DNA of 36,185 bases from a virus. The notes below the pieces were generated by a model, which did no database searches, was not told the DNA's origin, and saw only the letters and a program-made list of their open reading frames with translations. Numbering within the stretch: the first letter of the stretch is position 1; the number at the start of each line of letters is the position of its first letter. Positions 1 through 9,734 of the stretch are shown here, piece by piece. Made by a program: the position numbers and the translations under genes. The stretch lies in the UHGV virus genome UHGV-0335474; one strand, written 5' to 3'.

Positions 1-236
1 CCATCCGACTAGTCGGATGGTTCAGCAAGGCTCTGGAGAGTGTCGACGAAGTTCGCATTATCACTGATGGACGGATTAATTTTATCGAACCATCGACAGG
101 GCTGGAGAAGAAGGGAAACAGCAAAGGCTCCATGCTGTTGATTTGGCGACCGTTCATCAGTCCTCGACGGATGTTTACTACCGTATCCAAAGCGGCATTG
201 ATGGCGATCGGGCAGGGCGTCAGGAGGGCGGCATGA
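1..236 (+). CDS. 3' end of an upstream nin-region gene (ninD/ninC-like), truncated by window start
   Basis: Frame 3 is open from the window edge to a TGA at 234-236, overlapping the ninE ATG as ATGA. Identity is inferred from position only. Confidence 0.35.
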   Translation, partial: IRLVGWFSKALESVDEVRIITDGRINFIEPSTGLEKKGNSKGSMLLIWRPFISPRRMFTTVSKAALMAIGQGVRRAA

Positions 237-415
237 GACGACAGCGACGAAGTATCACCGACATCATCTGCGAAAACTGCAAATACCTTCCAACGAAACG
301 CTCCAGAAATAAACGCAAGCCAATCCCAAAAGAATCTGACGTAAAAACCTTCAATTACACAGCTCACCTGTGGGATATCCGGTGGCTTAGAGAACGTGCG
401 AGGAAAACAAGGTGA
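233..415 (+). CDS. ninE: NinE protein
   Basis: 60-aa product [23 protein letters not shown]... matches my recollection of lambda NinE. AGGAGG SD lies upstream of the ATG at 233; the longer track ORF from 143 is an upstream in-frame extension. Confidence 0.8.
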   Translation: MRRQRRSITDIICENCKYLPTKRSRNKRKPIPKESDVKTFNYTAHLWDIRWLRERARKTR

Positions 416-582
416 TTGACCAAAATCGAAGTTACGAACAAGAAAGCGTCGAGCGGGCTTTAACGTGCGCTAACTGCGGTCAGAAGCTGCATGTGCTGGA
501 AGTTCACGTGTGTGAGCACTGCTGCGCAGAACTGATGAGCGATCCGAATAGCTCGATGCACGAGGAAGAAGACGATGGCTAA
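412..582 (+). CDS. ninF: NinF protein
   Basis: GTG start overlapping the ninE stop. Product [56 protein letters not shown], which I recognise as lambda NinF. Below the 60-aa track cutoff, read manually. Confidence 0.7.
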   Translation: MIDQNRSYEQESVERALTCANCGQKLHVLEVHVCEHCCAELMSDPNSSMHEEEDDG

Positions 583-1186
583 ACCAGCGCGAAGACGATG
601 TAAAAACGATGAATGTCGGGAATGGTTTCACCCTGCATTCGCCAATCAGTGGTGGTGCTCTCCAGAGTGTGGAACCAAGATAGCACTCGAACGACGAAGC
701 AAAGAACGCGAAAAAGCGGAAAAGGCAGCAGAGAAGAAACGACGACGAGAGGAGCAGAAACAGAAAGATAAACTTAAGATTCGAAAACTCGCCTTAAAGC
801 CCCGCAGTTACTGGATTAAACAAGCCCAACAAGCCGTAAACGCCTTCATCAGAGAAAGAGACCGCGACTTACCATGTATCTCGTGCGGAACGCTCACGTC
901 TGCTCAGTGGGATGCCGGACATTACCGGACAACTTCTGCGGCACCTCAACTCCGATTTGATGAACGCAATATTCACAAGCAATGCGTGGTGTGCAACCAG
1001 CATAAAAGCGGAAATCTCGTTCCGTATCGCGTCGAACTGATTAACCGAATCGGGCAGGAAGCAGTAGACGAAATCGAATCAAACCATAACCGCCATCGCT
1101 GGACTATCGAAGAGTTCAAGGCGATCAAGGCAGAGTACCAACAGAAACTCAAAGACCTGCGAAATAGCAGAAGCGAGGCCGCATGA
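575..1186 (+). CDS. ninG: NinG / Rap recombination protein
   Basis: 203 aa, near-identical to lambda NinG as recalled (MAKPARR...[21 protein letters not shown]..., Cys-rich). Start overlaps the ninF end. Confidence 0.9.
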   Translation: MAKPARRRCKNDECREWFHPAFANQWWCSPECGTKIALERRSKEREKAEKAAEKKRRREEQKQKDKLKIRKLALKPRSYWIKQAQQAVNAFIRERDRDLPCISCGTLTSAQWDAGHYRTTSAAPQLRFDERNIHKQCVVCNQHKSGNLVPYRVELINRIGQEAVDEIESNHNRHRWTIEEFKAIKAEYQQKLKDLRNSRSEAA

Positions 1187-1389
1187 CGTTCTCAGTAAAA
1201 ACCATTCCAGACATGCTCGTTGAAGCATACGGAAACCAGACAGAAGTAGCACGCAGACTGAAATGTAGTCGCGGTACGGTCAGAAAATACGTTGATGATA
1301 AAGACGGGAAAATGCACGCCATCGTCAACGACGTTCTCATGGTTCATCGCGGATGGAGTGAAAGAGATGCGCTATTACGAAAGAATTGA
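1183..1389 (+). CDS. ninH: NinH protein
   Basis: 68 aa, [37 protein letters not shown]... HTH-like, lambda NinH-like. ATGA overlap with ninG. Confidence 0.85.
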   Translation: MTFSVKTIPDMLVEAYGNQTEVARRLKCSRGTVRKYVDDKDGKMHAIVNDVLMVHRGWSERDALLRKN

Positions 1390-2038
1390 TGGCAGCAAAT
1401 ACCGAAATATTTGGGTAGTTGGCGATCTGCACGGATGCTACACGAACCTGATGAAAAAACTGGAGACGATAGGATTCGACACCAAAAAAGACCTGCTTAT
1501 CTCGGTTGGCGATTTGGTCGATCGCGGTACAGAGAACGTCGAATGTCTGGAATTAATCACATTCCCCTGGTTCCGAGCTGTACGTGGAAACCATGAGCAA
1601 ATGATGATTGATGGCTTATCAGAGCGTGGAAACGTCAATCACTGGATGCTTAATGGCGGTGGCTGGTTCTTTAATCTCGATTACGACAAAGAAATTCTGG
1701 CTAAAGCTCTTGCCCATAAAGCAGATGAACTTCCGTTAATCATCGAACTGGTGAGCAAAGATAAAAAATATGTCATCTGCCACGCCGATTATCCTTGTGA
1801 CGAATACGAGTTTGGAAAGCCAGTTGATCATCAGCAGGTAATCTGGAACCGCGAACGAATCAGCAACTCACAAGACGGGATCGTAAAAGAAATCAAAGGA
1901 GCGGACACGTTCATCTTTGGTCATACGCCAGCAGTGAAACCACTCAAATTTGCCAACCAGATGTATATCGATACCGGCGCAGTGTTCTGCGGAAACCTCA
2001 CATTGATTCAGGTACAGGGAGAAGGCGCGTGGGCATAA
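1367..2038 (+). CDS. ninI: NinI Ser/Thr protein phosphatase
   Basis: Metallophosphatase motifs GDLHG, GDLVDRG, GNHE. Start set at the internal MRYYERIDG by comparison with lambda PPase; the track ORF from 1292 is an in-frame extension overlapping ninH. Confidence 0.85.
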   Translation: MRYYERIDGSKYRNIWVVGDLHGCYTNLMKKLETIGFDTKKDLLISVGDLVDRGTENVECLELITFPWFRAVRGNHEQMMIDGLSERGNVNHWMLNGGGWFFNLDYDKEILAKALAHKADELPLIIELVSKDKKYVICHADYPCDEYEFGKPVDHQQVIWNRERISNSQDGIVKEIKGADTFIFGHTPAVKPLKFANQMYIDTGAVFCGNLTLIQVQGEGAWA

Positions 2039-2547
2039 GAGAACTAAACCTCACCAAAGAACAGCATGAGTGGCTGAATGGCTGGCTTGAACTGTGGGGC
2101 GCATGGGTTTATTCAGGTCGTCTGGAAAAGCGCATGAGCAGCGTAATAGCGAAGTTCATGGAGAGCGTAGAGCCGGGAAGAGTTATGACAAGGCCAATGT
2201 GCAATGATGATGATGGAATGTTGATTTCTCAGGTCGTCGATTCCGTCATGTACATTGACAAAAAAGCCTTTGGCATCCTCCTCAGCTACTACGCTCATGG
2301 TTCATCTAAGCGAGCAATTGCATCCTACTATCACGCGACTGCAAAGCCACGCAAGATGTGTGGACGTGGTGGCGAGGGATGGAGAAAACCTTCACTGGCA
2401 ACCTGTAGAAACGAAATTGACGACATCCTGAAAGCGTCATTATTTGTTTTATACCAGCCAATGCAAAATGCTTTCAAAATGCGTAAACGTGTTGAGAAAG
2501 TTAAGCATGTTGCTGTTAAAAGCCTTGACATGCAATTAGCCATTTAG
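2029..2547 (+). CDS. Q: Late-gene antiterminator Q (non-lambda type, phage 21/82-like)
   Basis: Lies between ninI and the lysis cassette. Protein does not resemble lambda Q; family assignment is from position and recalled similarity. Probable GTG start at 2029 after GGAG; start uncertain (alternative internal ATGs). Confidence 0.6.
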   Translation: MGIRELNLTKEQHEWLNGWLELWGAWVYSGRLEKRMSSVIAKFMESVEPGRVMTRPMCNDDDGMLISQVVDSVMYIDKKAFGILLSYYAHGSSKRAIASYYHATAKPRKMCGRGGEGWRKPSLATCRNEIDDILKASLFVLYQPMQNAFKMRKRVEKVKHVAVKSLDMQLAI

Positions 2548-2554
2548 CCATAAT
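2525..2554 (+). promoter_or_regulatory. Putative late promoter pR'-like (-35 TTGACA, -10 CATAAT, 18-nt spacer)
   Basis: TTGACA at 2525-2530 and CATAAT at 2549-2554, overlapping the Q 3' end and upstream of the lysis genes. Confidence 0.4.
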
Positions 2555-2565
2555 TAGAGGGTAAG

Positions 2566-2602
2566 CTGCCGTTAGTGACTCTTAAGTTGCAACGGTGGCT
2601 TT
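2566..2602 (+). terminator. Putative tR'-like terminator/pause region downstream of the late promoter
   Basis: Imperfect stem GCTGCCGTT...AACGGTGGC followed by a T7 run; weak stem with a long loop. Confidence 0.3.
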
Positions 2603-2886
2603 TTTTATTTGCACAACAGGTAAGAGCATTGAGTCGATAATCGTGAAGAGTCGGCGCGCCTGGTTAGCCAGTGCTCTTTCCGTTGTGCTGAATTAAGCGA
2701 ATACCGGAAGCAGAACCGGATCACCAAATGCGTACAGGCGTCATCGCCGCCCAGCAACAGCACAACCCAAACTGAGCCGTAGCCACTGGCTATCCTGAAT
2801 TCATCAGTGATAGTTACGCTGCGGCCTTCTTTTTTCCCCTTCCCAATATAAGAACTACGCAATCCGTTACTGGCGGAGGCGTTGCT

Positions 2887-3102
2887 ATGAAATCAATGGA
2901 CAAAATCTCAACTGGCATTGCCTACGGAACATCCGCTGGTAGTGCGGGATACTGGTTTTTGCAGTGGTTGGATCAGGTCAGCCCATCACAGTGGGCTGCG
3001 ATTGGAGTGCTTGGAAGCCTTGTGTTGGGCTTTCTCACCTATCTGACAAATCTGTACTTCAAAATCAGAGAAGACAGAAGAAAGGCTGCGAGAGGTGAAT
3101 AA
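2887..3102 (+). CDS. S: Class II holin (pinholin, S21-like) with dual-start motif
   Basis: 71 aa, [71 protein letters not shown]. Two Met codons (M1, M4) as in the phage 21 holin/antiholin; two TMDs. Confidence 0.9.
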   Translation: MKSMDKISTGIAYGTSAGSAGYWFLQWLDQVSPSQWAAIGVLGSLVLGFLTYLTNLYFKIREDRRKAARGE

Positions 3103-3599
3103 TGCCTCCATCATTACGAAAAGCCGTTGCTGCTGCTATTGGTGGCGGAGCAATTGCTATAGCATCAGTGTTAATCACTGGCCCAGGTGGTAACGATGGT
3201 CTGGAAGGTGTCAGCTACATACCATACAAAGATATTGTTGGTGTATGGACTGTATGCCACGGACACATCGGAAAAGACATCATGCTCGGAAAAACGTATA
3301 CCGAAGCAGAATGCAAAGCCCTCCTGAATAAAGACCTTGCCACTGTCGCCAGACAAATTAACCCGTACATCAAAGTCGATATACCGGAAACAACGCGCGG
3401 CGCTCTTTACTCGTTCGTCTACAACGTGGGTGCTGGTAATTTCAGAACATCGACGCTTCTTCGCAAAATAAACCAGGGCGATATCAAAGGCTCATGTGAT
3501 CAGCTACGTCGCTGGACATATGCTGGCGGTAAGCAATGGAAAGGTCTCATGACTCGTCGTGAGATTGAGCGTGAAATCTGTTTGTGGGGTCAGCAATGA
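3102..3599 (+). CDS. R: SAR endolysin (R21-like lysozyme with N-terminal signal-anchor-release domain)
   Basis: Gly/Ala-rich hydrophobic N-terminus ([20 protein letters not shown]) followed by a lysozyme-like domain. TAATG overlap with S. Confidence 0.9.
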   Translation: MPPSLRKAVAAAIGGGAIAIASVLITGPGGNDGLEGVSYIPYKDIVGVWTVCHGHIGKDIMLGKTYTEAECKALLNKDLATVARQINPYIKVDIPETTRGALYSFVYNVGAGNFRTSTLLRKINQGDIKGSCDQLRRWTYAGGKQWKGLMTRREIEREICLWGQQ

Positions 3600-4063
3600 A
3601 CAGAGTAACCGCGATTATCTCCGCTCTGGTTATCTGCATCATCGTCTGCCTGTCATGGGCTGTTAATCATTACCGTGATAACGCCATGACCTACAAAGAG
3701 CAGCGCGACAAAAACGCCAGAGAATTGAAGCTTGCGAACTCGACAATTACTGATATGCAGCAGCGCCAGCGTGCTGCTGATGCACTCGATGCTAAATACA
3801 CGAAGGAGTTAGCTGATGCGAAAGCTGAAAATGATGCTCTTCGGCGCAAGCTTGATAATGGTGGTCGGGTGTTCGTCAAAGGAAAATGCCCTGTGCCATC
3901 CTCAGCCGAAACCTCCAGCGCCTCCGGCATGGGCAATGATGCCACCGTCGAACTCTCTCCAGTTGCTGGACGAAACGTTCTCGGTATCCGGGACGGAATT
4001 ATCCGCGACCAAACAGCACTGAGAACGCTTCAGGAATACATCAGGACGCAATGCCTTCGATGA
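3596..4063 (+). CDS. Rz: Spanin inner-membrane subunit Rz
   Basis: N-terminal TMD then coiled-coil periplasmic domain. ATGA overlap with the R stop; start at internal MNRV of the track ORF. Confidence 0.85.
   Translation: MNRVTAIISALVICIIVCLSWAVNHYRDNAMTYKEQRDKNARELKLANSTITDMQQRQRAADALDAKYTKELADAKAENDALRRKLDNGGRVFVKGKCPVPSSAETSSASGMGNDATVELSPVAGRNVLGIRDGIIRDQTALRTLQEYIRTQCLR
3816..4022 (+). CDS. Rz1: Spanin outer-membrane lipoprotein Rz1, embedded in the +1 frame of Rz
   Basis: [21 protein letters not shown]: lipobox with Cys, then a Pro-rich segment [11 protein letters not shown], as in lambda Rz1. Confidence 0.8.
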   Translation: MRKLKMMLFGASLIMVVGCSSKENALCHPQPKPPAPPAWAMMPPSNSLQLLDETFSVSGTELSATKQH

Positions 4064-4237
4064 TAGCGATAATTTTACTCATCATCCTTCACATCTGGCT
4101 CTGTAGACAGGATGGTGATCACTTCTGGAGTGAATCCAGATTAAACATCTCATTGCTGATGCTTGATATTGAGCATCTTGCGCGCGGTAAGGGGCTGCGT
4201 TGAGATAAGAGCCAGTCATCACAAACACCAGGATTTA

Positions 4238-4262
4238 GCCTCGCATTCGCGGGGCTTTTTAT
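4238..4262 (+). terminator. Rho-independent terminator after the lysis cassette
   Basis: Stem GCCTCGC/GCGGGGC (one G-T wobble), loop ATTC, then T5-T7 run. Confidence 0.55.
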
Positions 4263-4367
4263 TGCCATTACAAAAGCCATTCCCTACAGAGTGGCTTTGA
4301 TAATGGCTTATACCCTACACGGGATATCTTAACTGATATCCCTTTTAACGGATAAACGGAGCCAACA

Positions 4368-4610
4368 ATGGCAGAGATTATTCCCATGACTGAAGAACAG
4401 AAATTCCAGTTAGAGATTTACAAACTGGTCATGAACCAGAACGCAGCCGCAGAAGAAGCATTTCAATTCATTGGCACTGACGAACTGAAGCTTGAGCTAT
4501 TCAAAATTCACTTCCAGTCAGGCGGCGCTAATTCGGATATCACAACCCGCACTATCGAAGCGGTGCGTAAATCGAAGGAAGCGTTAGACCTGTTCACTAC
4601 CGGAGCGTAA
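4368..4610 (+). CDS. Hypothetical protein upstream of terminase
   Basis: 80-aa ORF with GGAG upstream; acidic, helical. No family recognised. Confidence 0.45.
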   Translation: MAEIIPMTEEQKFQLEIYKLVMNQNAAAEEAFQFIGTDELKLELFKIHFQSGGANSDITTRTIEAVRKSKEALDLFTTGA

Positions 4611-4689
4611 ACATGGCAACTCAAGGTTTCGACAACCCATCCAAATTCCGCGATGAATGGGATAAGCAAGCAGAAGGGAAATAATCAAT

Positions 4690-5115
4690 ATGGCGACTGA
4701 GAAAAAGAAAGGTGGTCGCCCCTCTGATTATATGCCGGAGGTGGCTAATGACATTTGCGCATTGCTTTCCTCTGGTGAGAGTCTGCGCAAAGTTTGCGAA
4801 CGCCCAGGAATGCCGAGCAAAACATCAGTTTTTCGCTGGCTGGCTGAACATCAGGAGTTTCGTGACCAGTACGCGAAGGCAACAGAGACTCGGGCCGACT
4901 CTATTTTCGAAGAGATATTCGAAATTGCTGACGACGTAATCCCTGATGCCGCCGAGGTGGCAAAGGCAAGACTTCGCGTTGATACCCGCAAATGGGCGCT
5001 GGCCAGAATGAATCCCCGTAAGTATGGCGACAAGGTAACTAATGAGCTTGTCGGCAAAGACGGCGGCGCAATCCAGATTGAAACATCACCGATGAGCACT
5101 CTATTCGGAAAATGA
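4690..5115 (+). CDS. Terminase small subunit (Sf6 gp1-like)
   Basis: 141 aa, MATEKKKGGRPSDYMPEVANDICALLSSGESLRKVCERPGMPSKTSVFRWLAEH..., HTH-type terS very similar to Sf6 gp1 as recalled. Confidence 0.85.
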   Translation: MATEKKKGGRPSDYMPEVANDICALLSSGESLRKVCERPGMPSKTSVFRWLAEHQEFRDQYAKATETRADSIFEEIFEIADDVIPDAAEVAKARLRVDTRKWALARMNPRKYGDKVTNELVGKDGGAIQIETSPMSTLFGK

Positions 5116-6527
5116 CCTCGATTAATCCTATCTTTGAACCGTTCATTGAGGCGCATCGCTACAAAGTCGCCAAAGGCGGTCGAGGTAGCGGTAAGTCATG
5201 GGCAATTGCGAGGCTTCTTGTTGAAGCGGCGCGTCGGCAGCCTGTGCGTATTCTTTGCGCTCGTGAGCTGCAAAACAGTATCAGCGATTCGGTAATCAGG
5301 TTGCTTGAAGACACCATCGAGCGTGAAGGGTATTCGGCTGAGTTTGAAATTCAGCGTTCAATGATTCGTCATCTCGGAACGAATGCTGAATTCATGTTCT
5401 ACGGCATCAAAAACAACCCGACGAAGATTAAATCGCTCGAAGGCATTGATATCTGCTGGGTGGAAGAAGCGGAAGCGGTAACAAAGGAATCGTGGGATAT
5501 CCTGATACCAACCATCCGCAAGCCGTTTTCCGAAATATGGGTGAGCTTTAACCCGAAGAACATCCTCGACGATACCTATCAGCGATTCGTCGTAAATCCT
5601 CCTGATGATATTTGTCTGCTGACGGTGAACTACACCGACAACCCGCACTTTCCTGAAGTTCTCCGTCTGGAGATGGAAGAGTGTAAACGCAGAAATCCGA
5701 CACTGTATCGTCACATCTGGCTTGGTGAGCCAGTAAGCGCAAGTGATATGGCAATCATCAAACGTGAATGGCTTGAAGCCGCAACCGATGCGCACAAGAA
5801 ACTCGGATGGAAAGCGAAAGGCGCGGTTGTCTCTGCGCATGACCCGTCAGATACAGGGCCAGATGCTAAAGGTTACGCATCGCGTCACGGTTCGGTGGTT
5901 AAGCGCATTGCCGAAGGCCTGCTGATGGACATCAACGAGGGTGCTGACTGGGCTACTTCGCTGGCGATTGAAGACGGCGCTGACCACTACCTGTGGGATG
6001 GCGATGGTGTCGGTGCCGGGCTACGCAGACAGACAACGGAAGCGTTCTCCGGTAAGAAAATCACCGCCACGATGTTCAAGGGCAGCGAATCGCCATTCGA
6101 TGAAGATGCGCCTTATCAGGCCGGGGCATGGGCTGATGAAGTCGTGCAGGGCGACAACGTTCGCACTATTGGCGATGTGTTCCGCAATAAGCGAGCGCAA
6201 TTCTATTACGCGCTGGCTGACAGGCTGTATCTGACATATCGGGCGGTTGTTTACGGTGAGTATGCAGACCCCGACGACATGCTGAGTTTCGACAAAGAAG
6301 CGATAGGCGAGAAGATGCTGGAGAAGCTGTTTGCAGAACTGACGCAGATTCAGCGCAAATTCAATAACAACGGGAAGCTGGAGCTTATGACTAAGGTCGA
6401 AATGAAGCAGAAGCTCGGTATTCCATCTCCTAACCTGGCTGATGCACTGATGATGTGTATGCATTGCCCGGAGTCGGCTGCGCAACCAGACTATTCCAGT
6501 TACTCAATTCCTTGTGGTGTAGGTTGA
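5112..6527 (+). CDS. Terminase large subunit
   Basis: 471 aa; Walker A GGRGSGKS near the N-terminus, nuclease-type C-terminus. ATGA overlap with terS. Confidence 0.9.
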   Translation: MTSINPIFEPFIEAHRYKVAKGGRGSGKSWAIARLLVEAARRQPVRILCARELQNSISDSVIRLLEDTIEREGYSAEFEIQRSMIRHLGTNAEFMFYGIKNNPTKIKSLEGIDICWVEEAEAVTKESWDILIPTIRKPFSEIWVSFNPKNILDDTYQRFVVNPPDDICLLTVNYTDNPHFPEVLRLEMEECKRRNPTLYRHIWLGEPVSASDMAIIKREWLEAATDAHKKLGWKAKGAVVSAHDPSDTGPDAKGYASRHGSVVKRIAEGLLMDINEGADWATSLAIEDGADHYLWDGDGVGAGLRRQTTEAFSGKKITATMFKGSESPFDEDAPYQAGAWADEVVQGDNVRTIGDVFRNKRAQFYYALADRLYLTYRAVVYGEYADPDDMLSFDKEAIGEKMLEKLFAELTQIQRKFNNNGKLELMTKVEMKQKLGIPSPNLADALMMCMHCPESAAQPDYSSYSIPCGVG

Positions 6528-6528
6528 T

Positions 6529-8727
6529 ATGGCAGAAAAAAAGATGACTGACTGGCATCGCAAGGTGCTGTGCAACTTTGATAATGCCTGGTCAGCAACG
6601 CAGGATATGCGTGAGCAGATTATTGAGGCTCAACGTTTCGTCCGGGTATCCGGCGCACAGTGGGAAGGCGGTACAAACGCTGGTTACTCATTTGATGAAG
6701 GCAGGTTTGAGCATTACCCGCGCTTTGAACTGAATAAGATTGCCCGTGAATGTGATCGCATCATTGGCGAGTATCGACAGAATCGCATCAGCGTTAAATT
6801 CAGGCCGAAGGACGATAAGGCATCGGAAGCGTTAGCCGAAAAGATGAACGGCAAATTCCGCGCTGACTATCAGGAAACATCCGGTGGCGAAGCGTGTGAT
6901 AACGCATTTGATGATGCCGTAACGGGTGGATTCGGTTGTTTCCGCATGTGTGCCGATTACGAAGATGAAATGGATCCGAGTAACGAGCAGCGACGCATCA
7001 GTCTTCTTCCTGTTTACGACCCAGCGACATGCGTCTTCTTCGATCAGGACAGCAAGCAATATGACCGCTCTGATGCTATGTGGGCTATGGAAATGTTCTC
7101 CATGACGCCTAAAGCGTTCGAGGCTGAATACCCTGATTCCATCGCGGCAAGTCTTTCTCGTGATGACACTGGTACTCAATATGACTGGTCAACTCCTGAC
7201 GCCATCTATGTTGGACGCTACTACGAAGTCCGCATAGAGAAGGTGAAGCTCACAGCATGGCGTAACCCTGTCAGCGGAGAAACGGCAATCTATGATGAAG
7301 AGCAAATCAAAGATATTGTCGACGAGCTGACCGATGGTGCATTCGAACTGATTGGCGAGCGAACGGTGAAGAAACGCCGAGTTTATTGCGGTCTTCTGTC
7401 TGGCGCTGAATGGCTGGAAGAACCGAAGCGTATTCCGGGCGAACATATTCCTCTCATCCCGGTATATGGGCGTCGTTCATTTGTTGATAATCAGGAGCGA
7501 ATCGAAGGCCACGCAGCAAAAGCGATGGATGCACAGCGTCTTGAGAACCTGATGGTTTCCATGATTGCAGATAACGCCACTCAGGCTGGCGGTGATGGCA
7601 TTCCTGTAGTTGATGTTGACATGATTCCTGGTCCTCTTGCCACTCATTGGGCGGAGCGCAACAAAAAGCGCCCGGCGTTCCTGCCGATGGTCAGTCTGAA
7701 AAACAAAAACGGAGATATTACTGCGCAGGCTCAGGTCAGCAGTTATACACCTCCGACACAAATGCCTCCTGCTCTTGCCGGGCTATTGCAGTACACCGGA
7801 ACGGCTATTCAGCAAATTACAGGTGCGTCGCAGCTTGAGAACATGCCGAGCAACGTCGCCACCGATACCGTTGATAGCATCTTTAACCGGATGGACACGC
7901 AGTCCTATATCTACATGGACAACATGGCTAAATCCATGCGTCGCGCTGGCGTTGTGTGGCTTTCTATGGCGCGTGAGGTCTATGGCAGCGATACGCCAAT
8001 GCGCATCGTTAATGAGGACGGCAGCGATGACGTGGCGCTGATGACTGGTGAAGTGGTTGACCGTCAGACAGGGCAGGTTATCGCGCTTAACGACCTTTCG
8101 CAGGGTAACTATGAAGTGACTGTCGATGTTGGTCAGTCGTTCGCTACTCGCCGTGATGCAACGGTTAAGTCGTTACTTTCCATGCTGGCACTTATCCCGC
8201 CTGGAACGCCGAAACACGACCTTGTGTCGTCTCTTATTCTCGACAATATGGACGGCGAAGGGATGGACGACCTTAAAGAATACAACCGCAATCAGTTGCT
8301 TCTGTCTGGCGTTATCAAGCCGAAAACGCCAGAAGAACAGCAAATGGTTGAGCAGGCGAAACAACAACAGGCCAGTCAGCCAGATCCGGCTATGGTTGCT
8401 GCGCAAGGTCAGCTTCTTGCTGGTCAGGCTGAATTGCAGAAAGCGCAGAACGAACAGGCAGCCATTCAGGTTAAAGCATTCCAGGCACAGACTGATGCTC
8501 ATGTTGCAGCGGCAAATGTTGTGAAAATCCTCGCATCTGCCGATAGCCAGCAGAAATCTGATATCCGCGAGGCTCTGAAACTGCTCGGACAGTTCCAGCA
8601 ACAGCAAGGAGACAATGCCCGTGCTGATGCAGAGCTTGTCCTGAAAAGTCAGGCGCAGGGACATGCACAACGCATGGACATCAGCAGCATCCTGCAAAAA
8701 TCAACTCAGCAACAACCACAGCAGTAA
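6529..8727 (+). CDS. Portal protein (P22 gp1-like, with C-terminal Gln-rich barrel)
   Basis: 732 aa immediately after terL; long C-terminal helical Q/A-rich tail as in the P22 portal. Confidence 0.85.
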   Translation: MAEKKMTDWHRKVLCNFDNAWSATQDMREQIIEAQRFVRVSGAQWEGGTNAGYSFDEGRFEHYPRFELNKIARECDRIIGEYRQNRISVKFRPKDDKASEALAEKMNGKFRADYQETSGGEACDNAFDDAVTGGFGCFRMCADYEDEMDPSNEQRRISLLPVYDPATCVFFDQDSKQYDRSDAMWAMEMFSMTPKAFEAEYPDSIAASLSRDDTGTQYDWSTPDAIYVGRYYEVRIEKVKLTAWRNPVSGETAIYDEEQIKDIVDELTDGAFELIGERTVKKRRVYCGLLSGAEWLEEPKRIPGEHIPLIPVYGRRSFVDNQERIEGHAAKAMDAQRLENLMVSMIADNATQAGGDGIPVVDVDMIPGPLATHWAERNKKRPAFLPMVSLKNKNGDITAQAQVSSYTPPTQMPPALAGLLQYTGTAIQQITGASQLENMPSNVATDTVDSIFNRMDTQSYIYMDNMAKSMRRAGVVWLSMAREVYGSDTPMRIVNEDGSDDVALMTGEVVDRQTGQVIALNDLSQGNYEVTVDVGQSFATRRDATVKSLLSMLALIPPGTPKHDLVSSLILDNMDGEGMDDLKEYNRNQLLLSGVIKPKTPEEQQMVEQAKQQQASQPDPAMVAAQGQLLAGQAELQKAQNEQAAIQVKAFQAQTDAHVAAANVVKILASADSQQKSDIREALKLLGQFQQQQGDNARADAELVLKSQAQGHAQRMDISSILQKSTQQQPQQ

Positions 8728-8817
8728 TTAACCCATAACGTGCAATGGCTGTCTTTATGAGGCCTGGCACCCTATTGCCTTCCGATGGGCTGAACATCGA
8801 GTAAACAGGGGTAACAA

Positions 8818-9714
8818 ATGGACCAGATGGCAGAAAACACACCAGAAGTTGAAATCGAAACCGACGCGTCAGAGCAGATTCCTGATGATGTCAAACTGGC
8901 TGAAGAAGTCGAAACAGAAGATGGCAGTGAGTACTCCGGCAATGATGCAGAGAAAGCTACTGAAACTGATGACGACGAATCAGAACAGGAATTCTACTTT
9001 GGTGACGAAAAGCTGGATTCGCCAACCAGCGAAGATGGCGCAGAGCATGGACTGGTAAAACACCTGCGCAAGACGATTAAAGAGAAAGACCGTGAGCTGA
9101 AAGAGCTGATGCGTCAGTCTCAGAAACCCGTCGAGCAGCAGCCGGTAATCACTCAACCACCTCGAATGCCAAAACTGGATGATGAGGACATTGGTTTCGA
9201 TGAAGAAATCTACCAGCAACGCATGGCTAAGTGGGCAGAGGATAACGGCAAGTACCAGCAACAGGAGATGGCTCGCAAGCAGAAGGAGCAGGAGCTTCAG
9301 GCTGCCTATCAAGAGCGATTATCCAAATATCAGCAACGTGTTAAGGCTCTCAAAGTTCCTGGCTATCAGGAAGCTGAGCAGGCCGTACTCGAGGAAATCC
9401 CCATCGAGACACAAAACGCGATCCTGTTTGAGTCAGAGAAGCCGGAAATCGTTGTTCTGGCGCTCGGTCGCAACGCTGAACTGCGCAAGAAACTGGCAGA
9501 AGCTACCAACCCCGTAGCAATTGGTCGTCTGCTGGAACGTATCGAATCGAAGGCCAGAATCATGCCAAAAGCAAAAACCACGGCAGCCACAACCCCGACA
9601 GTTAAGGGGAGCAACGGCGCAGTAATCAATAACCTCGACAAACTTCTCGAAAAAGCACGCGACACCGGTGATTACACCGAATACCGGGCGGCGAAGAACA
9701 AAGCTAAAAAATAA
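8818..9714 (+). CDS. Scaffolding protein
   Basis: 298 aa, highly acidic N-terminus, coiled-coil, between portal and coat (P22 gp8 position). Confidence 0.7.
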   Translation: MDQMAENTPEVEIETDASEQIPDDVKLAEEVETEDGSEYSGNDAEKATETDDDESEQEFYFGDEKLDSPTSEDGAEHGLVKHLRKTIKEKDRELKELMRQSQKPVEQQPVITQPPRMPKLDDEDIGFDEEIYQQRMAKWAEDNGKYQQQEMARKQKEQELQAAYQERLSKYQQRVKALKVPGYQEAEQAVLEEIPIETQNAILFESEKPEIVVLALGRNAELRKKLAEATNPVAIGRLLERIESKARIMPKAKTTAATTPTVKGSNGAVINNLDKLLEKARDTGDYTEYRAAKNKAKK

Positions 9715-9734
9715 TCCATCGGAGCTAAATACCT

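Noticed and set aside
143-232. N-terminal 30-codon extension of the ninE track ORF
   Set aside because: NinE homology begins at the internal Met at 233, which has an AGGAGG SD; the upstream segment is the 3' end of the preceding gene in another frame.
2605-2862. 85-aa minus-strand ORF between Q and the holin gene
   Set aside because: Lies in the late leader region opposite the direction of transcription, with no SD and odd composition; more likely non-coding leader sequence.
5358-8697. Numerous antisense or out-of-frame ORFs inside the terminase and portal genes (e.g. 5358-5840, 6021-6485, 8173-8697)
   Set aside because: Each overlaps a long, well-supported structural gene on the other strand or frame; typical shadow ORFs.
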